Part shown: piece after piece, positions 37,350 to 47,762 of the stretch
Layout: each line of letters begins with the position of its first letter
Numbering within the stretch: the stretch's first letter is position 1
IMG/VR virus record: IMGVR_UViG_3300013005_000034
Span: 1-64,000 of that record
Origin: a virus
Length of the DNA stretch: 64,000 nucleotides
Reading direction: 5' to 3' (one strand)
The notes under the pieces: generated by a model
Seen by the model: the letters and a program-made list of their open reading frames with translations, nothing else
Told to the model about the DNA's origin: nothing
The model's database searches: none
Made by a program: the position numbers and the translations under genes

Positions 37350-37956
37350 GTAAAGAATAATATTTTTTAGTTAGAGTAATACGTTCAGCAAGTCCGTTCA
37401 CTCCTCCATTAATCTTTTTAGTTACTGCCGTAATTGTTGCATCATCAATTCCTTTATCACAAATACTCCATAAACCATTTTTATCAAAAAAGTAAAATGC
37501 TGATTCAAATGCAAATTCAGTCGCAACTAAATCAGGATTCGCCATAATTTCAGGCTTATTCAAAAACTTTGAAAATGCTTCAAAATTTGATTTCCCAGTA
37601 AGCTGCAATGCTCCTCTACCTCTAAATTTGAAACCTTCTCCACTTGCTTCATCTCCATTACCCATTCGACTTGCGTAAACTCTATTAGCTATTCTTTCAG
37701 GTTTCCTTTCATATCCCTGCGCTTCAGTTAAAGTTTTAAAATATTTAGGGAATGTTTTTAGTAAACCTTGTGCTGAATAATTTAAGTTTTCAGAAAAAAC
37801 TTTGAAATGACCAGTTTCGTGAGAAGTCTGTCCAAAAAAATGCGCTGCCCTTATTGGCGACATTTTATAAAAATTCATTGCTGCTTTTAGAGTTCCTACT
37901 CCCAAAACCCCATCGGCTATTGTGCCAATTTTTGTTTGTAGAATTTTTAAACTCAT
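37315..37956 (-). CDS. GH19-family endolysin (C-terminus altered by the IS)
   Basis: FFGQTSHETG, ENLNYSA, FRGRGALQLTG, TKKINGG. Confidence 0.9.
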   Translation of the reverse strand: MSLKILQTKIGTIADGVLGVGTLKAAMNFYKMSPIRAAHFFGQTSHETGHFKVFSENLNYSAQGLLKTFPKYFKTLTEAQGYERKPERIANRVYASRMGNGDEASGEGFKFRGRGALQLTGKSNFEAFSKFLNKPEIMANPDLVATEFAFESAFYFFDKNGLWSICDKGIDDATITAVTKKINGGVNGLAERITLTKKYYSLQNGSKSPLIAF

Positions 37957-38645
37957 TTTTTCTCGTTTTTAATCACAACAAAATACTTTGGTGCTTTTGC
38001 CAAATCTATTTTACCATCAGAAGTTAAAGGAACTTTTGTCATTGTAACAGAATTTCCTACATTACCTCCTATTGTTTCCGCTATACCATTCTTAATTCCA
38101 ACAACAATATCCGTATGAGAACTAAAAGAACCTGTCGTATCATAATTAACTCCACTTTGTCTTGCAAAACCAACTAAATCACCAACTTGCAATTTTACCT
38201 CATTAGGCTTATATCCTTTGAATGGTTTATCATTATTTAATTTTCTATTCTTAATACTATCAACAATATAAGTTGAATGAGATGGCGAATATTTCCAATC
38301 GCTACCTGCACCCGATTTTTTCATAAGATAAGAAATGAAAGCTGCACTCCACGCTTCATCAGTCATTTGTCTATCAGACCAATTTTTTACTCCTGCACCC
38401 TCTCTCCAATATTCTCTTAATCTTTCCATTGTTGATGGGTCGCCCTCTTTTATTTGACCATTTTTCCAATAGTTCCATTCTGAAATGGCTGTATCTTTTA
38501 GTTTATTTACAAAATCTGAAATCATTTGATAGCCCTCCGATAATTTACTTTTAATTGATTTTCTATATATAACAATTAATGTTATGGCAGTTATACCTAA
38601 CATTCCTGCTATAATCCATTTTTCTTTATTTGTTAGTGCCTTCAT
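37953..38645 (-). CDS. DUF2272/CHAP-like hydrolase with N-terminal TM
   Basis: AWSAAFIS, SHSTYI, SHTDIV, IGGNV. Confidence 0.75.
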   Translation of the reverse strand: MKALTNKEKWIIAGMLGITAITLIVIYRKSIKSKLSEGYQMISDFVNKLKDTAISEWNYWKNGQIKEGDPSTMERLREYWREGAGVKNWSDRQMTDEAWSAAFISYLMKKSGAGSDWKYSPSHSTYIVDSIKNRKLNNDKPFKGYKPNEVKLQVGDLVGFARQSGVNYDTTGSFSSHTDIVVGIKNGIAETIGGNVGNSVTMTKVPLTSDGKIDLAKAPKYFVVIKNEKK

Positions 38646-38865
38646 TTAGTTTTTTTGTTTCTAAATAGTTTTTTGCATTATAATACAAGGTACAACCACC
38701 TATGACAACAAGCGATAAACTTAACCATGTAGGTAAAACTTTTCTATATTGTATTCCTCCATATATTAAAATAGGTGCAATAACGTAAACATCAATAAGT
38801 CGGATATTCTGACTTTTTTGCATTTCTTTTACAGTTGTCTGTATTTGTTCTTTAATTTCCATCAT
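38626..38865 (-). CDS. Two-TM membrane protein
   Basis: KSQNIRLIDVYVIAP plus hydrophobic segments. Confidence 0.65.
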   Translation of the reverse strand: MMEIKEQIQTTVKEMQKSQNIRLIDVYVIAPILIYGGIQYRKVLPTWLSLSLVVIGGCTLYYNAKNYLETKKLNEGTNK

Positions 38866-39467
38866 AAAGTATTATCAATGCTCTTTCCTATTTCTTTATA
38901 AATTGGCAAATTTGAATGAGGGTCTTTTACTGAACCGATTGCAGGATTTATAATTTTAACTCCCTCGTTTTCAAATTTTTTATAATAGGCATTAACTTTT
39001 GTTTCGGTTACATCTTTGTTTCCTCCCCAACCCCAAGAACCTTTTACTACAAAAAGTTTTGAATTAGGAAAAACTCTTTTTAGTTCATTAACTAAGCCAT
39101 TAATATCTTCGTTAGCATTAAAACCACCATTTGTTCCTATGTTAATTACAACATTTTTAATGTCTTTTGTGATTGGATATTTAGATACAGCATCTTTTAA
39201 CCACTTCAAACCCATGCCACCTTTCCACAAAACATTTTCGCTACCAACACTCCCAAGCATTTGAACTTTACTTGATTGTTTTTTTATGAATGGTGTTTGG
39301 CTATCTCCAATTATAATACTTCTTCCGCTAACTAATTCATCTTTATTTTCTTCTTTATCAGTTATTGATTTATCTTTCGTTACAAAATAATAGATTGCAC
39401 CTCCAATAACTAAAATTGATGCGCCTATACCTAAACCTATTAATAATTGTTTAGTATTATCTTTCAT
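38862..39467 (-). CDS. SGNH/GDSL-like hydrolase with N-terminal TM
   Basis: IIGDSQ, IGTNG, DPH. Confidence 0.7.
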   Translation of the reverse strand: MKDNTKQLLIGLGIGASILVIGGAIYYFVTKDKSITDKEENKDELVSGRSIIIGDSQTPFIKKQSSKVQMLGSVGSENVLWKGGMGLKWLKDAVSKYPITKDIKNVVINIGTNGGFNANEDINGLVNELKRVFPNSKLFVVKGSWGWGGNKDVTETKVNAYYKKFENEGVKIINPAIGSVKDPHSNLPIYKEIGKSIDNTL

Positions 39468-40213
39468 TTTAATTTTATAGTTTTTGATTTAATGAGATAA
39501 AAACCTAAACCAGTTAAGCCAACTAATATTATTACAATAGGCATCCAATTTCTTTTTGTAAATTGAGCTGTTTCTATTACTATATCTTTAAATTTTTTTT
39601 TAGCTTCTTCTATTGAGTAAGGAAAATAATCAAGTGAAAACACAGGATTTGATAGTGCTTTCATTGTATAATCTTTTGGAGTTCTAATACCTGCATTTGC
39701 TCTTTGAACATTTTCAGGAAATACATAGTTAGGATTACTAACTGATACAGGATAAAATATAGTCATAAACAATTGTCCTTGCGTAAAGCTATCAGGTACT
39801 TTGCCATTTACTAATACTTTTCTTAAACCTCTACTCAAAAAGCCATCTACATATTCCATTTGCTCCTTGAAAGACATTTTTCTTAATTTATCAGTTCCAA
39901 CAGCATCACTACCATCGGCTTTTGCATAATACATAGTTTTACCTCCAATCTTTGTCATAAATTGAATTAAACCAGTTGCACCTATGCTATTTGTTATTTC
40001 GGGATTGAAAGTTCCTGCCGATTCGTGTCGGAATAAGTTGATTAACCACTCAAAAGGCAAACCATACTTATCGGCTACATCTGAAACTTTTTGTAAATCT
40101 GTTTTTGTTACGTTGTAAATGGGATAACCTCCATACTTATAACCTTGCTTTATTCGGTTTTGTATGTAGTCGTATGCTTTATTTATAGATTCTTGCCTAT
40201 TATAAACACTCAC
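39464..40213 (-). CDS. Lysozyme-fold lytic transglycosylase with C-terminal TM
   Basis: HESAGTFNP...GATGLIQF...EQMEYV. Confidence 0.75.
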   Translation of the reverse strand: MSVYNRQESINKAYDYIQNRIKQGYKYGGYPIYNVTKTDLQKVSDVADKYGLPFEWLINLFRHESAGTFNPEITNSIGATGLIQFMTKIGGKTMYYAKADGSDAVGTDKLRKMSFKEQMEYVDGFLSRGLRKVLVNGKVPDSFTQGQLFMTIFYPVSVSNPNYVFPENVQRANAGIRTPKDYTMKALSNPVFSLDYFPYSIEEAKKKFKDIVIETAQFTKRNWMPIVIILVGLTGLGFYLIKSKTIKLK

Positions 40214-40221
40214 TTTTACTA

Positions 40222-40395
40222 TTATTTATAACCTTCGTCTTTTAATTTTCTTAAAGATAGACGATTTACTTTAATTGACAAAGAAAAAGCATAAACACTT
40301 AATCCAAAAATTAAAACCCCCATAGTAAAACCTATAATTTTACCTGCCTTGCCTCCATTTTGCTTAACTTGTTGTATTGCTATTTCGGGTGTCAT
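40222..40395 (-). CDS. 57-aa single-TM protein (not in ORF track)
   Basis: MTPEIAIQQ...IIGFTMGVLIFGLSVYAFSL. Confidence 0.6.
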   Translation of the reverse strand: MTPEIAIQQVKQNGGKAGKIIGFTMGVLIFGLSVYAFSLSIKVNRLSLRKLKDEGYK

Positions 40396-40397
40396 TA

Positions 40398-40763
40398 TTA
40401 TTTTCTTTTACCGTTCATTTCAATAAGAATTTTCATCATTTCCTCTTGGCTTTTTCTTATTTCTTTAATATCACTATTCAGATTGTCTATCTGCTCTTTA
40501 TTTGAAGTCGTGTAAATTCCTGTTTCCGAAAGATTAATCTTTATTTCAGAAACATCTTTTTTTAGTTCTTTTATATCGTTTGCTGTTTCTGTTTTGTTCT
40601 CATTTAATTCCGATATGTTATTAACAGTATTGTAATAAAAACTATAAGATGTTAAAAATGCTCCTATTATTGTTACTACTAATGCGCCAAGAATTGTTTT
40701 GATAAGATGATTCTGTAATGATTTAAAAGTCAATCTTTCATCAATTTCAACGGATTTGCTCAT
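40398..40763 (-). CDS. TM plus coiled-coil protein
   Basis: One TM followed by heptad repeats. Confidence 0.6.
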   Translation of the reverse strand: MSKSVEIDERLTFKSLQNHLIKTILGALVVTIIGAFLTSYSFYYNTVNNISELNENKTETANDIKELKKDVSEIKINLSETGIYTTSNKEQIDNLNSDIKEIRKSQEEMMKILIEMNGKRK

Positions 40764-40844
40764 ATTGTAAAGTTTTTTTTTTCAAAAATAATTAAAAAAA
40801 ACTATTGTATTATAATTTTTAAACTTTACGTTTTTTTTGTAAAA

Positions 40845-41681
40845 TCAAAAATAGTCGAAAGCATCATAAAACCATTTGAAGTTTGCTTTTACGTTTGATG
40901 AGATTGCAGTACCCAATAACTCATCGTAATCTTTTTTTAATGGTTGTATGTTTGGTTTAATTGTATGGTCGCCATATATTCCAAAATCTGAAATTCTATC
41001 ATTTTCAACGGTCATCTGCTTTATATTATTGTAATCTAATTCACAATAAGGTTCATCTATAAACTCATAAACTTTTTTCATTGTTTCTTCGGGCTTCTTA
41101 CTAAATTCCTCTGCACGAATAACAAGCATATTCTTTATTGTTTTAGTTTGAATGGCATTGAATATCCTTTTTAGTGCTATTCCGAGTGGGGGGTCGCTTA
41201 ACCAATGATTAACTCTTTGTTCAATTGTTATAAATTGTTGTTGCGAAGGATTATCCCTGATGTCTAATATAGATGGATTTTCTCTCCACTTTTTTTCAAA
41301 AGATGATAATACTGAACGAATATCCCTTACCATAACTATAATTTTAGCATCAGGATTTATTTCCCATAAAAAAGGTGCGTAATGAACCCAACCTCTGCTT
41401 TTATCCAAGTAAATTTCAGCATCCTCTTTTTGTTTGCACATATATTCAGCATAGCCTTTCATTCCCTCTCTACAAAAGTTTAAAAAACTTTCGTGCATAA
41501 TATCTTCGGTTAATGCTGATTTGACTTCGGGAGTTGAAGAATAGTTGCCACGACTTGAATAAATGTATTCCAATAGGGGTGAAGTTTCACCTCCAACTAT
41601 TCTTGGATTATTAGCAAGGGTGTTGCACATAAGAGTTGTCATCGCTCTTGGCAAACCAGTAGTATATATTATTTTTTTCAT
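40845..41681 (-). CDS. Sulfotransferase family protein
   Basis: GLPRAMTT (5'-PSB loop), DKSRGW, MVRDIRSVLSS (3'-PB). Confidence 0.85.
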   Translation of the reverse strand: MKKIIYTTGLPRAMTTLMCNTLANNPRIVGGETSPLLEYIYSSRGNYSSTPEVKSALTEDIMHESFLNFCREGMKGYAEYMCKQKEDAEIYLDKSRGWVHYAPFLWEINPDAKIIVMVRDIRSVLSSFEKKWRENPSILDIRDNPSQQQFITIEQRVNHWLSDPPLGIALKRIFNAIQTKTIKNMLVIRAEEFSKKPEETMKKVYEFIDEPYCELDYNNIKQMTVENDRISDFGIYGDHTIKPNIQPLKKDYDELLGTAISSNVKANFKWFYDAFDYF

Positions 41682-41722
41682 AGTGTTTGATTTTTATTGA
41701 TTCTTTGGTTTATGAAAATAGA

Positions 41723-41760
41723 AAAGTTTGCCACTAATTTAGTAGCAAACCTTTTTATTT
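41723..41760. terminator. Probable terminator
   Basis: gtttgccactaa-t-ttagtagcaaac with flanking A/T runs. Confidence 0.5.
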
Positions 41761-41766
41761 AATTTT

Positions 41767-42081
41767 TTACTTTGCAGGTGCAGGTTCAGCATCATGCAAA
41801 GTTTTAAACTCTGCTTTTAAAGCATCTAACTTTGCACTATCAACATCAGCAAATTTTACAGAAAAACTACCCTCTTTTTCTTTTGATAAATAAGATACTT
41901 TATGTGAATCAAAGATATTAATTGCATGATAATCTTTATCCTGAACATCAGCAGGTTTTTTAGATTTAATGTCATCTACTACCGCTTGTAATTTTGTAAA
42001 TTTACTTTTATCTGTTTTGTAATTTACATCTTTGGAGATAATTTGTGCTTCTCCGTAACTGAAAATGTGAATTGTACTCAT
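41767..42081 (-). CDS. Hypothetical protein
   Basis: ORF track. Confidence 0.65.
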   Translation of the reverse strand: MSTIHIFSYGEAQIISKDVNYKTDKSKFTKLQAVVDDIKSKKPADVQDKDYHAINIFDSHKVSYLSKEKEGSFSVKFADVDSAKLDALKAEFKTLHDAEPAPAK

Positions 42082-42115
42082 TTTGTTTTTTTATTTTTAT
42101 TATTTATTTTAATTG

Positions 42116-43033
42116 TTACTGAACAATATTTTTTAATCCTTGATTGGATAATGAATCTAATATTCTTTCTGTGCTGAACAATTTAGTTCCCTCTTTGAAA
42201 GGACATTGGTATATGTTTCCTGAAATATCATAAGGTTCAAGAAAACTATCTCCTAATACATCAATTTCATCCTCTACTTCGGTAACAATATTATCGTGAA
42301 TAGGATAACCTAAAATTTCAGGACTATTTCTTACCCACAATACAGTTGATGGCTTATCTAAAGCACAAGCAATATGTTGGCAAACAGAATCTATTAATAA
42401 TCTTTTATCAGAAAATTTCACTAAAATCATTAATTCTCTTAAATTCCCTTTAAATTGCTCAACATTAGGTAAAGCAAGTTGGTCATCTCTGCGAACTTGT
42501 ATAATTCTATGTGTATTTCTAAATTTATCTACCACTTCGTTTGCAGTTCCATAAGGCATATCTCTCATCCAAGAAAATTTAATATCTTGAACAGCACCAC
42601 CATTACTCTGAACTAAAAAGTATGGTTGATTAAATAAACCATATTTGTTAATGCAATAATCTATTTCTCTTTGGTTGAAATAAACTTGTGGTCTTTCGCC
42701 ATCGTATTTAACTCCAACAAGTGAACACCAAATATCAATTAAATGTTTCTTTTTAAGAATATAGTCATTTGTTGAATATGGCTCTAATCCGAAAATTTTA
42801 ATGTTTTCTCTATCTTTTACAAAATCTAAATAGAAATTTTCAGTATTGCCAAACGTATAAATTCTATAAACATCAGGATTATACATCCAAATTTCTTTAT
42901 AGGCAGTTACAACAATAATTTTAGCTTTTTCGTTTGATTTTTTAAGTGCATTTACGACTGCTGTGGCTAATACGTTTTTACCTGCACCTCCGTTTATTGT
43001 GAAAACATAGATTTGCTCATCTTTATTTAACAT
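42116..43033 (-). CDS. GT9-like (heptosyltransferase-like) glycosyltransferase
   Basis: GGAGKNVLATAVV...YNPDV...IDSVCQHIACALDKPSTVLW. Confidence 0.75.
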   Translation of the reverse strand: MLNKDEQIYVFTINGGAGKNVLATAVVNALKKSNEKAKIIVVTAYKEIWMYNPDVYRIYTFGNTENFYLDFVKDRENIKIFGLEPYSTNDYILKKKHLIDIWCSLVGVKYDGERPQVYFNQREIDYCINKYGLFNQPYFLVQSNGGAVQDIKFSWMRDMPYGTANEVVDKFRNTHRIIQVRRDDQLALPNVEQFKGNLRELMILVKFSDKRLLIDSVCQHIACALDKPSTVLWVRNSPEILGYPIHDNIVTEVEDEIDVLGDSFLEPYDISGNIYQCPFKEGTKLFSTERILDSLSNQGLKNIVQ

Positions 43034-43108
43034 AGTTGTATGGTTTTAAGATACAAATATAATGTTTTTTTTAGGTTTAAAATATACTAACAATTCATTA
43101 GTTATTTT

Positions 43109-43981
43109 TTAATATATCTTATTTAATACAAAAATATCACTATAAATTGAGTTTCCTACATTCGCTGAACCCCATTGTGCAGTTACATCTAAAGTATTAG
43201 GAATGGTAGTATCAAATGTAGTGTTATTAATAGTATAAAATCCATAACCCTCTTGTGTTCCACTTGCTAATTTAAGAATGTGCATATTACCAAAAGTAAC
43301 TATTGATGCTACTCCTGCTCCTCCAATAGTTCTTATTGTAAAATTTATATTTAACTGCCAAACTTGGTTTGTAATGTTAGGCATTACTAATGGATTAGAT
43401 TGAGCCAATACTGTGCTTCCTGCCTTAACTCTAATTGTAAGTGTTTCATTATTTTGTGCGGACATTAATCCTCCAAATATTGCAACAAAACTATCTGCTA
43501 CTGAAAATCCATTTGCAGGTACAGACAAAGTTCCAACTCCGCCATTTATTAAAGTTCCCTCTGTCGTTGTTGCTGTTATTGGGGTGCTATCTGATGTTTG
43601 CGCAAACAAACCATAATTCGTTGCAGGTATTGGAGGCGGTATAATACCCCCTTGTAAAGTCCATGTATTTGATGAAGTTTTAATTAGTTCACACATACAA
43701 TATTGAGATGCTAAACTCAATATGCCTGACTGACTATTTATTGTAACTCCTAAACTTGCTAAAATAGATGTTTGTCCTACTCCTGATTGTAAAACATATA
43801 TTCTTGTGCCAATTAGAAAATCAACCGAACTATCATTGGGTATAGTAACTGTATTGGCAGTTGCTAAATCCATAATAATTAATTTTGATGGGTCGAAAAT
43901 ACCAAGAACATAATTACTTATTTGATTATTTATATGTAGATTTTGAGTTTCGTTAAACTCTATTCCATTAAATATTGGCAT
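43109..43981 (-). CDS. Virion/fibre-associated protein; N-terminal domain paralogous to 51184..51573
   Basis: ANTVTIPND..VDFL.GTR.YVLQ.G.GQTSI...WTLQGGI. Confidence 0.7.
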   Translation of the reverse strand: MPIFNGIEFNETQNLHINNQISNYVLGIFDPSKLIIMDLATANTVTIPNDSSVDFLIGTRIYVLQSGVGQTSILASLGVTINSQSGILSLASQYCMCELIKTSSNTWTLQGGIIPPPIPATNYGLFAQTSDSTPITATTTEGTLINGGVGTLSVPANGFSVADSFVAIFGGLMSAQNNETLTIRVKAGSTVLAQSNPLVMPNITNQVWQLNINFTIRTIGGAGVASIVTFGNMHILKLASGTQEGYGFYTINNTTFDTTIPNTLDVTAQWGSANVGNSIYSDIFVLNKIY

Positions 43982-43996
43982 TTTTTATAATAAATT

Positions 43997-46900
43997 TTAT
44001 ATTGATTTTGTCATATTAGGGTCGCCAACTAAATATTTAGGTACTGAATATGTCATTTGATTTTGAACACTTGGGTCATTTTTAGCAATTCCATTAGGGG
44101 ATTGATTATTATATCTTGTACCTCTCGCATTAGTAGAACTCTTTTTTGTATTAGTGAGCATCAATAATTGTTGAGGTCTTGATAATGTGCAATTATTTAC
44201 ATTAACAAACTTTGCTATTTTCTCAAAATTATCAGTAAACGCTATTGTATAATTAGTTGTTGATGTTGAAGAAATAATTGTTTGCAATTCAGGTGAGCCA
44301 TTAAAAAACTCATTCATTGTTATAGTGTTACCTGCTGTTATAACTACATCATCAAAGTTTATTTTATTGCAATTAACAAATGTTGAATTACCTGTTATGT
44401 TTAAAGTTGAGTTTTTTGTATTTACTTTACCATTTCTATATGTAAAAGTATTTGCTCCAGCAAAATAAACATTTCCACTTAATGTTAAAACACCACTTGT
44501 ATTTATTGTAAAATTTGCACTTATTGATTGATTTGCAACAGTTTGATTTGTAGTCCATGTTCCTGAGCCTACATAATATATTTGCACTGTTCCACCAAAA
44601 GGTGCTAACAAATTTGAATTACCTATTCTAATATTTCTTGAAATATATAAATTTGCACTATTCATTGTCGTACCTGTACCAGCGGTAAAAGCATTAGTTA
44701 ATAAATCATTTGTGTAAATATTAGTATTATTAAAATTAAGATTAAATGCGTTACCATTACTCGGTTGTGGTTGTAAAACATTACAGATTATAGAGCCATT
44801 TCCTGCATAAGTAGTTGTTGAAGCAACACCTCCATTAGTTAAAGAAAAAGTGTTTAAAATACTTAAATCACTTGTTAATGTAAATGTTCTTGCTGTTCCA
44901 CCACTACTTGTTAATGCAATATTATACCATGACATACCTGCTGTATCTAAATTTACTGAAAACCAAGTATTTGTATTGCTTAATAAAATATTAAGAGTGT
45001 TTGAATTTGTAGAAGAATCAACTGTTCCTGAAATATAAGTTATTGTATTTACGGAGTAATAAATATTAGCACCTAAAGTTAAAGTTCCTGATGTGTTTAT
45101 ATTTATGTTTTTTAATATGTATCCAGCAGCAGTATGATTCCAAGTTCCTGTTCCCGTAAAGTTTATTATAGATGAACCAACAATACTTGGAGTAGTTGTA
45201 ACTAATAATCCACCTACATTTATATCACTATTATTGATTGTCATGCTTGTACCACCTCCTGATAATGTTAAAGTTCCTGATAATGTAAAATTGTTTGTTA
45301 ATGTAAATGTTGGGTTAGTTCCACTAAAAGTTGCATTATTCCAAACTATACCATCTGTAACAAATGTTGTACTTGCATTTGAATTTAATCTTGAATTATT
45401 AGTTGTAGTATCAACAGTTCCTCCTGATGCTACAAATGTTAATGTTCTTGTTCGATAATAAACATTAGCACCAATAGTTAAAACTCCACTTGTTTTATCT
45501 ATTATAAGGTTATTTGATAAATATTGAGTTGATGAATGTGTCCAAGATTGGCTTCCTGTACCATTAATTCTAATAGTGGAAGTGCCTGTGGTTTCACCAT
45601 TATTTGCTATTAGTAAGTTTCCTGACACATTTATATTAAATAAACCATTTATAGTACAAGCTCCACCACCTGAACTTGTGGTAAAATTCCCCCCAACATT
45701 AAAATCACTATTTAAAGTTATGGTAGGTGTACCAGCAGTAATTGAAACATTACCCCATGTCATACCACTTGTATTAAATGTGCAAGTATTTCCAGCAATA
45801 TCTAAAGTAGAACCTGAAGTGTTTACTGTTCCATTTAGATAAGTTAAAGTTTTACCACCTGTTAAATAACCATAAGTAACAGTACCACTTATAGTAATAG
45901 TTCCTAATGTATCTATTGTTAAATTATTAACTATTCTTCCAACTTGACCAACTGTTCTTGACCATGTTCCTGTACCACTCATAGTGATTAAAGTTGTACC
46001 ATCAATAACACCATTAGCAGTTATATTTATATTTCCTGTTATAAAAATAGTGTTTGAATTAAATATGTGAGTACCTGTGTTGGTTAATGAATAATTGGTA
46101 ATTGTAATGTTGTTTGGCAATGTAGTTGTGCCTCCACCAGCAGATGTACCTGTTATTAAACTACCTGTTGGATTAAATAAATTTCCTCCTGTTGAAAAAC
46201 CTAAAGTGCTTGAATTGTTAATTGTTAATATACCTATTATATTCCAATCACTTGTTAAAGTTATGGTAGTAGCAACACTTGAACTAAAAGTTACATTATT
46301 CCAATTTATACCATTGGTATTAAGAGTGGTTGAAGCTGATATATTTAAAGTAGAACTTCCTGCATTTACAGTTCCTCCACTTGCAACATAAGTTAATGTT
46401 CCTGTATTATAAGTTAATGTTCCTGATAAATTAAGAACACCACTTGATTTATCTATTGTTAAGTTATTTCTAATCTGATGATTACCACTTGCCGTTAATG
46501 TTTGGGTAGCTGTACCAGTTATTTTTATAGCAGCACTACCTGTATAAGTGCCATTATTGAAAATAGTAATATTTCCAAATGCTTGAACTTCTTGTGTAGG
46601 GTCAAAAACATTATTTCTTGTTATTACAGGACTTGTAGTAGAAGATAATGTTAATAAAGCATTTATTTTAAAAGTATCTAATAAATTAACTTGTGGTGAT
46701 GTAGCACCAATAGTTATTGGTATATCCCAATTTGTATTTGCTGTTGTTATACTTTGTGTTGTTGTACCACCTATAATTATCCCACCTGTTCCTGCATAAC
46801 TAAAAACTGATGCGCTTCTTGTTAGATTTCCAGTTATTGTAAGATTAGCACTAAAAGTTATAGTGTTTGTGTAACCACTAAAATTTATATCAACACATTG

Positions 46901-47038
46901 ACGAGAGTTTGAAACTGTAACTTGCCCTGATGTTCCATTTAAAATAACACTATCAGTAGTTAAAGGCGCAACACCCCCTACCCAAGTAGAGCCATCATTC
47001 CAATTACCACCACCTGCTGCTGCTGTAATAGTAGCCAT
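43997..47038 (-). CDS. Large beta-helix-type fibre/spike protein
   Basis: 1013 aa, T/G/N/S-rich with recurring NNLTID.SGVLT and TFNT.GM.W.N units. Confidence 0.7.
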   Translation of the reverse strand: MATITAAAGGGNWNDGSTWVGGVAPLTTDSVILNGTSGQVTVSNSRQCVDINFSGYTNTITFSANLTITGNLTRSASVFSYAGTGGIIIGGTTTQSITTANTNWDIPITIGATSPQVNLLDTFKINALLTLSSTTSPVITRNNVFDPTQEVQAFGNITIFNNGTYTGSAAIKITGTATQTLTASGNHQIRNNLTIDKSSGVLNLSGTLTYNTGTLTYVASGGTVNAGSSTLNISASTTLNTNGINWNNVTFSSSVATTITLTSDWNIIGILTINNSSTLGFSTGGNLFNPTGSLITGTSAGGGTTTLPNNITITNYSLTNTGTHIFNSNTIFITGNINITANGVIDGTTLITMSGTGTWSRTVGQVGRIVNNLTIDTLGTITISGTVTYGYLTGGKTLTYLNGTVNTSGSTLDIAGNTCTFNTSGMTWGNVSITAGTPTITLNSDFNVGGNFTTSSGGGACTINGLFNINVSGNLLIANNGETTGTSTIRINGTGSQSWTHSSTQYLSNNLIIDKTSGVLTIGANVYYRTRTLTFVASGGTVDTTTNNSRLNSNASTTFVTDGIVWNNATFSGTNPTFTLTNNFTLSGTLTLSGGGTSMTINNSDINVGGLLVTTTPSIVGSSIINFTGTGTWNHTAAGYILKNININTSGTLTLGANIYYSVNTITYISGTVDSSTNSNTLNILLSNTNTWFSVNLDTAGMSWYNIALTSSGGTARTFTLTSDLSILNTFSLTNGGVASTTTYAGNGSIICNVLQPQPSNGNAFNLNFNNTNIYTNDLLTNAFTAGTGTTMNSANLYISRNIRIGNSNLLAPFGGTVQIYYVGSGTWTTNQTVANQSISANFTINTSGVLTLSGNVYFAGANTFTYRNGKVNTKNSTLNITGNSTFVNCNKINFDDVVITAGNTITMNEFFNGSPELQTIISSTSTTNYTIAFTDNFEKIAKFVNVNNCTLSRPQQLLMLTNTKKSSTNARGTRYNNQSPNGIAKNDPSVQNQMTYSVPKYLVGDPNMTKSI

Positions 47039-47051
47039 AACTTATAATTTA

Positions 47052-47468
47052 TTAATAATCTCCTGCAAAAGCACAAGCATCAATGTTATCTGCTATTGTT
47101 GCCCAATTAGTAGAAGTAACTGAAATTTTTTCTCCTGTCTTTAAAATTATTGGTTGGTCGAAAGTGTAAATAGCAGTTGCTCCTAAGTTAGTTGCGGATT
47201 TTAATGTTCCAGCAGGAAATAAAACTTGTCCTATAAGTCGTATTGTTGCTCCTGTTGTTAAGAACATATTTACTCTTGTCGCAGTTGAGGCAGTTGTTGA
47301 AGCACCAGAGTTATTAAACCTGATGCCATCTACTCTTGCGCCATTTGCACCTGCTGTTACTACATCAACAAGTGTTCCTCCTCCGCTATTATCACTATTA
47401 GCGGCTGCTATTCTCGCAGGTGTAAAATTACCTTGAAGGATAAATATGGGTGTGGTGTTTACTGGCAT
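47052..47468 (-). CDS. Small beta-rich virion protein
   Basis: MPVNTTPIF...TAGANGARVD...LKTGEKI. Confidence 0.65.
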   Translation of the reverse strand: MPVNTTPIFILQGNFTPARIAAANSDNSGGGTLVDVVTAGANGARVDGIRFNNSGASTTASTATRVNMFLTTGATIRLIGQVLFPAGTLKSATNLGATAIYTFDQPIILKTGEKISVTSTNWATIADNIDACAFAGDY

Positions 47469-47471
47469 CGA

Positions 47472-47735
47472 TTAAATTATTTGAGGGGGTTTGTTTTCGT
47501 TTTGATAATCTATTAGTTCTTGTTCGCTAAACTCTTTTACAGTTATAGCAACATTATTGTTCTGCACTATTCTATTTATGTGTATTCCTTGAATACCAAT
47601 AGGAGTTGCAGCTCCTTTAATTTCATAAGAGTAATACACTCCATCATCTCCCATATAGTCGCAAAGATATACAACTTCATCAGGTAATGGAACACTCTCA
47701 ATTATATGCCCATCAGGCGCAGGATATGTCATCAT
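47472..47735 (-). CDS. Hypothetical protein
   Basis: ORF track. Confidence 0.6.
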   Translation of the reverse strand: MMTYPAPDGHIIESVPLPDEVVYLCDYMGDDGVYYSYEIKGAATPIGIQGIHINRIVQNNNVAITVKEFSEQELIDYQNENKPPQII

Positions 47736-47762
47736 TTTTTATGTATTTTTTATTTTTAAAAT

